This document shows, piece after piece, positions 59,431 to 64,000 of a stretch of DNA of 64,000 bases. Position 1 is the stretch's first letter. Every line of letters begins with the position of its first letter. Below the pieces are notes generated by a model, which saw only the letters and a list, made by a program, of their open reading frames with translations, did no database searches and had not been told where the DNA came from. This stretch comes from Candidatus Saccharimonadia bacterium (GTDB lineage Bacteria > Patescibacteriota > Saccharimonadia > UBA4664), in assembly GCA_041743505.1 (NCBI GenBank), contig JBGTMQ010000021.1, forward strand, positions 521 through 64,520, given 5' to 3'. Position numbers and translations under genes: made by a program.

Positions 59431-59458
59431 CACATCATTAAAGTTTCGAAAGGACACC

Positions 59459-60631
59459 ATGGACCGATATAAGGCCAATGCCAAATGGCTGACGTACTTG
59501 GCGCCATTTCGGGTGCTGTCTATTAGTGCCGCCTACCTGATGCCGTTCTTTTTGGAGAAAGGATTCAGCCTCACAGAAGTGTTTTTGCTGCAGTCGGTGT
59601 TCTCCTTGGCGGTGTTGCTCTGGGAGATACCGAGCGGATATGTGGCGGACCGGTTTGGCCGGGCTTTCTGCATAAAGCTAGGCGTACCACTGGCCGCTGT
59701 AGCAATGCTAGCCTATGGTTTTAGTGACCATTACTGGCAGTTTGTGGTCTGCGAGCTGGCACTGGCGATAGCCAGCGGGTTGATGAGCGGCGTTGACACC
59801 GCGCTACTGATCGATTCGCTGAAGGCCGACGGCCGGGAAAACGAGTACGTGAAGAGCAGCCAGCGCATAAATGCGTTTGGTTTTGCGGCTACGGCCTTGG
59901 GTGTACCGCTGGCGTTTGTGCTGGTGAAGTACATCGGCGTGAGCGCGACGCTCATAGCTGACGGCGTTTTGACGGCGATTGGCTGCGTGTTTGCCTTTAG
60001 GTTGACGGAGGCTCCCCGCTTTAACGGGAGCCAAGAAGCGATCCGGTTGTCGGCTTGGCACGCTACGAGAGAGCTGGCGCGGAACGTAGAGGCGCGATGG
60101 CTGGTGGTGCTTGGCTCGGTACTGACTGTGTCAACCTACCTGGCGTTCTGGCTATCGGCACCGTACTACGAGAGTCTGGGCATACCAGTGATGTTCTTTG
60201 GTGTCATTCTGGCAGTTCGCAGCCTATGGAAGGCCGGGTTGTCGCATTGGTTTCACCAAGAAAGGCACCTGGAGCGAAACATGCTGGGCTATGCGGGACT
60301 GGCCGGGTTGGTTTATTTGGCTATGGCCACCAAGCAACTTTGGCTCCTGGTGGCCGTGCTGGGGCACGATGTGGTGCAGGCGCTCCATAGTCAGCCGATT
60401 ACCGGCAAGCTTAACTCCCACATAGCCCAAGACTTTCGGGCCACGCTCAATAGCACGGTGAACCTCGTCCAGCGAATGGTTTACATGGTGGCGGGGCCGC
60501 TCGTCGGGCTACTGGTGGACAAAGCCGGCATACAAGTTGGGTTCGTGGTGACGGGTCTGACGTGCAGTGCGATTGCATTGGCGGCGCTGGCTAGGCTACA
60601 CCGGCTGGGAACGTTTCGGGAACACAAGTGA
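59459..60631 (+). CDS. MFS transporter
   Basis: EIPSGYVADRFGR motif A, about 12 TMs, RAT.NS. Confidence 0.92.
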   Translation: MDRYKANAKWLTYLAPFRVLSISAAYLMPFFLEKGFSLTEVFLLQSVFSLAVLLWEIPSGYVADRFGRAFCIKLGVPLAAVAMLAYGFSDHYWQFVVCELALAIASGLMSGVDTALLIDSLKADGRENEYVKSSQRINAFGFAATALGVPLAFVLVKYIGVSATLIADGVLTAIGCVFAFRLTEAPRFNGSQEAIRLSAWHATRELARNVEARWLVVLGSVLTVSTYLAFWLSAPYYESLGIPVMFFGVILAVRSLWKAGLSHWFHQERHLERNMLGYAGLAGLVYLAMATKQLWLLVAVLGHDVVQALHSQPITGKLNSHIAQDFRATLNSTVNLVQRMVYMVAGPLVGLLVDKAGIQVGFVVTGLTCSAIALAALARLHRLGTFREHK

Positions 60632-60635
60632 CAAC

Positions 60636-60670
60636 AGTCCTAGGGGCATTTCGCCGGCCCCTAGGACTTT
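60636..60670 (+). terminator. Intrinsic terminator
   Basis: agtcctaggggc/gcccctaggact followed by a T run. Confidence 0.75.
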
Positions 60671-60911
60671 CTTGTGGACGAGCGTGTATGATTTAGAAAT
60701 GAAAACGCTCCCGCTAATAGCAAGCGCCCGCCAGCTGGTGGCTGATAATTACAAGTGTCTAGCCGTAAAAAAAGCCTAGGCCTGGTACTTCAGGGGTAAT
60801 TGCTTGGCGGCAATTATTGGGTGGCAAGTTTGGATAATCTAGAGGACGCGGTGGCGGTTATGATTGCAATTAATGAGGCCGCCGGGTTAAAAGCCCGGCG
60901 GCCGATGGTTA

Positions 60912-61700
60912 TTACGCCTTTGAACGTGGTGCTAGTACTGGCAAGACCCGGTCGCCTTGGTTCCAGCTCCTCATGCGATCTGCTACTGCCTGTCGGTTAT
61001 ATTGTGCTAGTGCCGACAGTTTCTGGCGCGACCTGACCTGCGACCGGTCAAGCCAGGGCGGAAGATCCGGGAACATGAGCGGGAACTCCCCGGGATTGAG
61101 CTGCTCGGTTGCGACTACGAACTCATGCAGGTTGAGCGTGGCGGGCCAGATCGGCTCATGAGTGATGGGACCGCCTTCTTCGCTGGGATACAGGAAGGCG
61201 TTGCCGATGTCCCAAGGTAGCCAATTGAAGGCCCGGAACATGACCGCACGGACCGTCAGCAGATAGTCGTGGCAGCCGGCGGCTACCGACCGGTTAACCA
61301 ACAGGCCAATGAGAGCCAAGAGGGCCCTTCGGCCGACCGGTGTGCGCTGGTGCGCGGCGAGCACTCCCACGCGGGAGGGTTCGGAGTACCGCTTACTGTT
61401 GTCCAAGGCCGGCGCGTGATGGAGCCGGTCCCAAATCCGGCCGGTAGGCAGGTCTGTGATAAGCTGACCCATTGGTAGCGGCCGGGCCAGGACAAGCCGG
61501 GCTGTCGCTATGACTACGCCGTCTTGCGAAACGCCGAACAGCAAGGCGTGCTGGTCGTACTCGTCGTGAGAGCTGCAAGGCGAGGAGGCCTGACAGTATT
61601 CCAGGACTTGGCCGCCACCGCCCTCGCAGAAAATCGCGTGCCTGGCAGCCAGACTACGGTAGCGGTCCCGATGACTTTGCGCTTCCCAGATTGTTAGCAT
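60912..61700 (-). CDS. LuxI/FeeM-like GNAT-fold N-acyltransferase
   Basis: R.AIF.E, DEYD, IATARL and EPSR match the AHL-synthase/N-acyl amino acid synthase pattern. Confidence 0.65.
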   Translation of the reverse strand: MLTIWEAQSHRDRYRSLAARHAIFCEGGGGQVLEYCQASSPCSSHDEYDQHALLFGVSQDGVVIATARLVLARPLPMGQLITDLPTGRIWDRLHHAPALDNSKRYSEPSRVGVLAAHQRTPVGRRALLALIGLLVNRSVAAGCHDYLLTVRAVMFRAFNWLPWDIGNAFLYPSEEGGPITHEPIWPATLNLHEFVVATEQLNPGEFPLMFPDLPPWLDRSQVRSRQKLSALAQYNRQAVADRMRSWNQGDRVLPVLAPRSKA

Positions 61701-61715
61701 GGGGTCTATCGCTCC

Positions 61716-62426
61716 TCACCTCCTTTCGGCAATGACCAGCCAGTTCTGGCCGGCGTAGGTGCGACGAATTTCGGCTATCTGCCAGCCGGAACTTTCAAAC
61801 CAGTGGCGCAGCTGAGGCTCGTCGGGGGCGTGGAAGGCACGCGTACCCAGCTCGGCGCAGATTTTCTCGTTGTAGCCGGCCACCGGAGCAAGCAATTTTT
61901 GTAACCGGTGGCGTTCGTGCGGCAGCTCTTCCCCGTTCAGGCCTTGGAGATGCTCAGCCAGCAATGCCTGTGGATCGGCATCCGGGCCTGGAGTAGATAC
62001 CACCAGAACGGCCTTACTGGTAGCGTGTGAGTGTAGCCGGCGCAAGACGGAGGCCGGGCTCCGCAGAGCATAGAGGCCGTTGTTGCAGATAAACCGGTCA
62101 TAGCGCCCGAACAGTCCCCAGTTTGAGATCGGTTGATCGAGATCGGCTGCAATAAACTCAACCGGGCCGGCGTAGGGCTCGGTGCGAGCCTGTCCCAGCA
62201 TGGCCTCGGATTTATCGAGCGCGGTCACCTCGCAGTGGTACCCGGACGCATTGAGCGCCCACAACAGGCCGCCATCCCCGCAGCAAAGATCGAGCAGGCG
62301 AGTGTCATGACCTGGCCTAGCGCAGGCAATAATCTCAAAGAGTAAATTGCGGTAGGGTGATAAGGCGCGAAGCCGGCTGTACACCCGAGCATATTCTTTC
62401 CACAGCTGAGCCTGGTCGATTGCCAT
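61716..62426 (-). CDS. Class I SAM-dependent methyltransferase
   Basis: LLDLCCGDG, LDKSEAML, ADL, YD. Confidence 0.88.
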   Translation of the reverse strand: MAIDQAQLWKEYARVYSRLRALSPYRNLLFEIIACARPGHDTRLLDLCCGDGGLLWALNASGYHCEVTALDKSEAMLGQARTEPYAGPVEFIAADLDQPISNWGLFGRYDRFICNNGLYALRSPASVLRRLHSHATSKAVLVVSTPGPDADPQALLAEHLQGLNGEELPHERHRLQKLLAPVAGYNEKICAELGTRAFHAPDEPQLRHWFESSGWQIAEIRRTYAGQNWLVIAERR

Positions 62427-62505
62427 GACGATTACTCCCGATGATTGGATACGTTAAAGGACGGGAATATAGTTACCCTTGGTTATTCTATAAGAGAATG
62501 GCTTT

Positions 62506-63231
62506 TTATGCTTGCGGTTCCTGTACTGCCGTCACGAGCCAGTTCTGGCCGGCATAGGCGAGGTCGATGTCAAGGATCCGCCAACCAGAGTTTTTGAACC
62601 AATGGCGTAGCTGGGATTCGCTAGGCAGATGGTAGTTGTCGCCATAACGCGCAAAAAGCATTTCGTTGTACTTGAGCAAGGGTTGTAAGCGGGGCATTAA
62701 TTGCTGCATAGCCTCTTCGCGGGTCAAGCCATTGCCTTCGGAGAGCTGAAGGTGCTCATCGAGCAGCTCCTGGATGTTGGGGTTGGGGCGCGGAGTAGAC
62801 ATCACTAAGCGGGCATTATCGGCGGCGAGTGCGGCGGCTTTTTGCAGGGCCTGGGCCGGATCGTTGAGTAGACACAAGCTATTATTGAATATGATCCGGT
62901 CGAATGGTCCGGTGACACCCCAACTACCTACTGGCTCGTCGAGATTGGCTTTCACAAGCTCCGCCTGGCCATCATATTTGGGTAGCTTGCGGGTGGCCTT
63001 CTCAAGCATGGCATCGGAATAGTCAAGGCCCGTAACGTGACACCGGAGACGCTGCTCCTGGAGTGCCCAGAGCAGGTTAAAGGTGCCGCAACAGGCGTCG
63101 AGCACTCGTAGGCCATCCTTGGCCTGGGCGTGTTCGACTACGTCCAAAAGCAAGTTTCGGTAGGGGATTACCTTGAGCACTTCGTCGTAGACCCGGGAGT
63201 AGCCACGCCAGAGCGCTTCGTCGTTTAACAT
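62506..63231 (-). CDS. Class I SAM-dependent methyltransferase (paralog of the adjacent gene)
   Basis: VLDACCGT, GLDYSDAML, FDRI; shares PYRNLL and YAGQNWL with 61716-62426. Confidence 0.88.
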   Translation of the reverse strand: MLNDEALWRGYSRVYDEVLKVIPYRNLLLDVVEHAQAKDGLRVLDACCGTFNLLWALQEQRLRCHVTGLDYSDAMLEKATRKLPKYDGQAELVKANLDEPVGSWGVTGPFDRIIFNNSLCLLNDPAQALQKAAALAADNARLVMSTPRPNPNIQELLDEHLQLSEGNGLTREEAMQQLMPRLQPLLKYNEMLFARYGDNYHLPSESQLRHWFKNSGWRILDIDLAYAGQNWLVTAVQEPQA

Positions 63232-63381
63232 GTGTTTCTCCCCCGTTGATTGGCCCTCGATATGCCTATTATTCACAATATGGTGACTTTTTACAAGCTA
63301 TTCATCTTGTGGGGCCCGGATTCACGGCAAAATGACCATTGCAACTGGAGGTTTGCAGATAGGCTACCGCTTGCATAATGG

Positions 63382-63876
63382 CTAACTTGTTACCTCATAA
63401 TCATTCAGCTTGGTGATCTCTCGCCTGGTCAGCTCGATTGAAGCCCGGTGGTATCGTGTCAGGAATTCAAGTTCAGGAGTGGAGTAGGCCTCGAGCATTT
63501 TTTCAAACGCTTGCCCTATTGAGCTGTATACGTTGTCCATTGTTGCAATCCTTGGTCGATTTACTGCAACTATCACCTTCCGGCGATCTTTGGTGTCAGG
63601 CTCACGTTTCACGATGTCCCGTCGCCCGAGCCTGTCGATAACGTTTGTAACTGCACCGGTTGTTAGGCTTAATCTTTTTGCGATTTGCCCGGCAGTCATC
63701 GGTCCCTCTTGCATTAGCACCGAGATCGTCTTCATATCGGTAATGCCTAACCCATACTTGGCGGCTGCAGCTTGCTGAAACAGTGCCGTTTCAGTGCTAG
63801 CCATCTCACCCAAAAAAATCATTTGGTTCATGAGCGATCTTCGGAGATCTTCTTTCTGCATGCTGACTTTCTCCAT
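63382..63876 (-). CDS. MarR-family regulator
   Basis: LTTGAVTNVIDRL...DRRKV; upstream palindrome TATCTT-N7-AAGATA near 63894-63912. Confidence 0.9.
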   Translation of the reverse strand: MEKVSMQKEDLRRSLMNQMIFLGEMASTETALFQQAAAAKYGLGITDMKTISVLMQEGPMTAGQIAKRLSLTTGAVTNVIDRLGRRDIVKREPDTKDRRKVIVAVNRPRIATMDNVYSSIGQAFEKMLEAYSTPELEFLTRYHRASIELTRREITKLNDYEVTS

Positions 63877-64000
63877 AATCAATTGACGCTATATATCTTG
63901 ATGATTAAGATAATATTGTAACTTAAGCTTTTAATGTGATGCAAGGAAACAAATGAACAGAAAAACCAACCCATCCACACTGTCTGGTGCTACCCGTTGG

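Noticed and set aside
60912-61700. Firm luxI quorum-sensing call
   Set aside because: The conserved Trp is absent, there is no adjacent LuxR, and FeeM-like GNATs share the same motifs.

Overview
Bacterial chromosome segment, standard code (TGA used as stop). The gene families and pervasive leaderless genes suggest Patescibacteria/Saccharibacteria, which is an inference. (1) 1-23.2 kb is a patchwork of single-gene accessory units: TrmB-like regulator, HD protein, hydrolases, NUDIX, M14 peptidase, CCA-adding enzyme, MarR/VOC, orphans and several decayed genes. (2) 23.2-25.4 kb holds tRNA-Lys-like att relics, an orphaned MNT antitoxin and a PD-(D/E)XK-like gene. (3) About 25.43-55.65 kb is a ~30 kb integrative conjugative element at the 3' end of tRNA-Lys(CTT). 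It carries pilin/VirB6/PrgI/VirB4/CHAP/VirD4, a replication-relaxation protein, a large serine recombinase, a DNA methyltransferase-HerA-NurA module, a sugar-nucleotide enzyme cluster and NhaA. (4) To the right lie tRNA-Lys/tRNA-Arg, a thioredoxin/CcdA cluster, an MFS transporter behind a probable attenuator, and a methyltransferase-methyltransferase-LuxI/FeeM-like operon. The most notable observation is that the recombinase ORF crosses the att site. Integrated, its C-terminus is read from the antisense of tRNA-Lys. An in-register 47-codon alternative C-terminus sits at the opposite element boundary and overlaps a PLD-nuclease gene, so excision would rewrite the integrase and link it to the nuclease. 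All product calls come from motif recognition by eye; no database searches were run.
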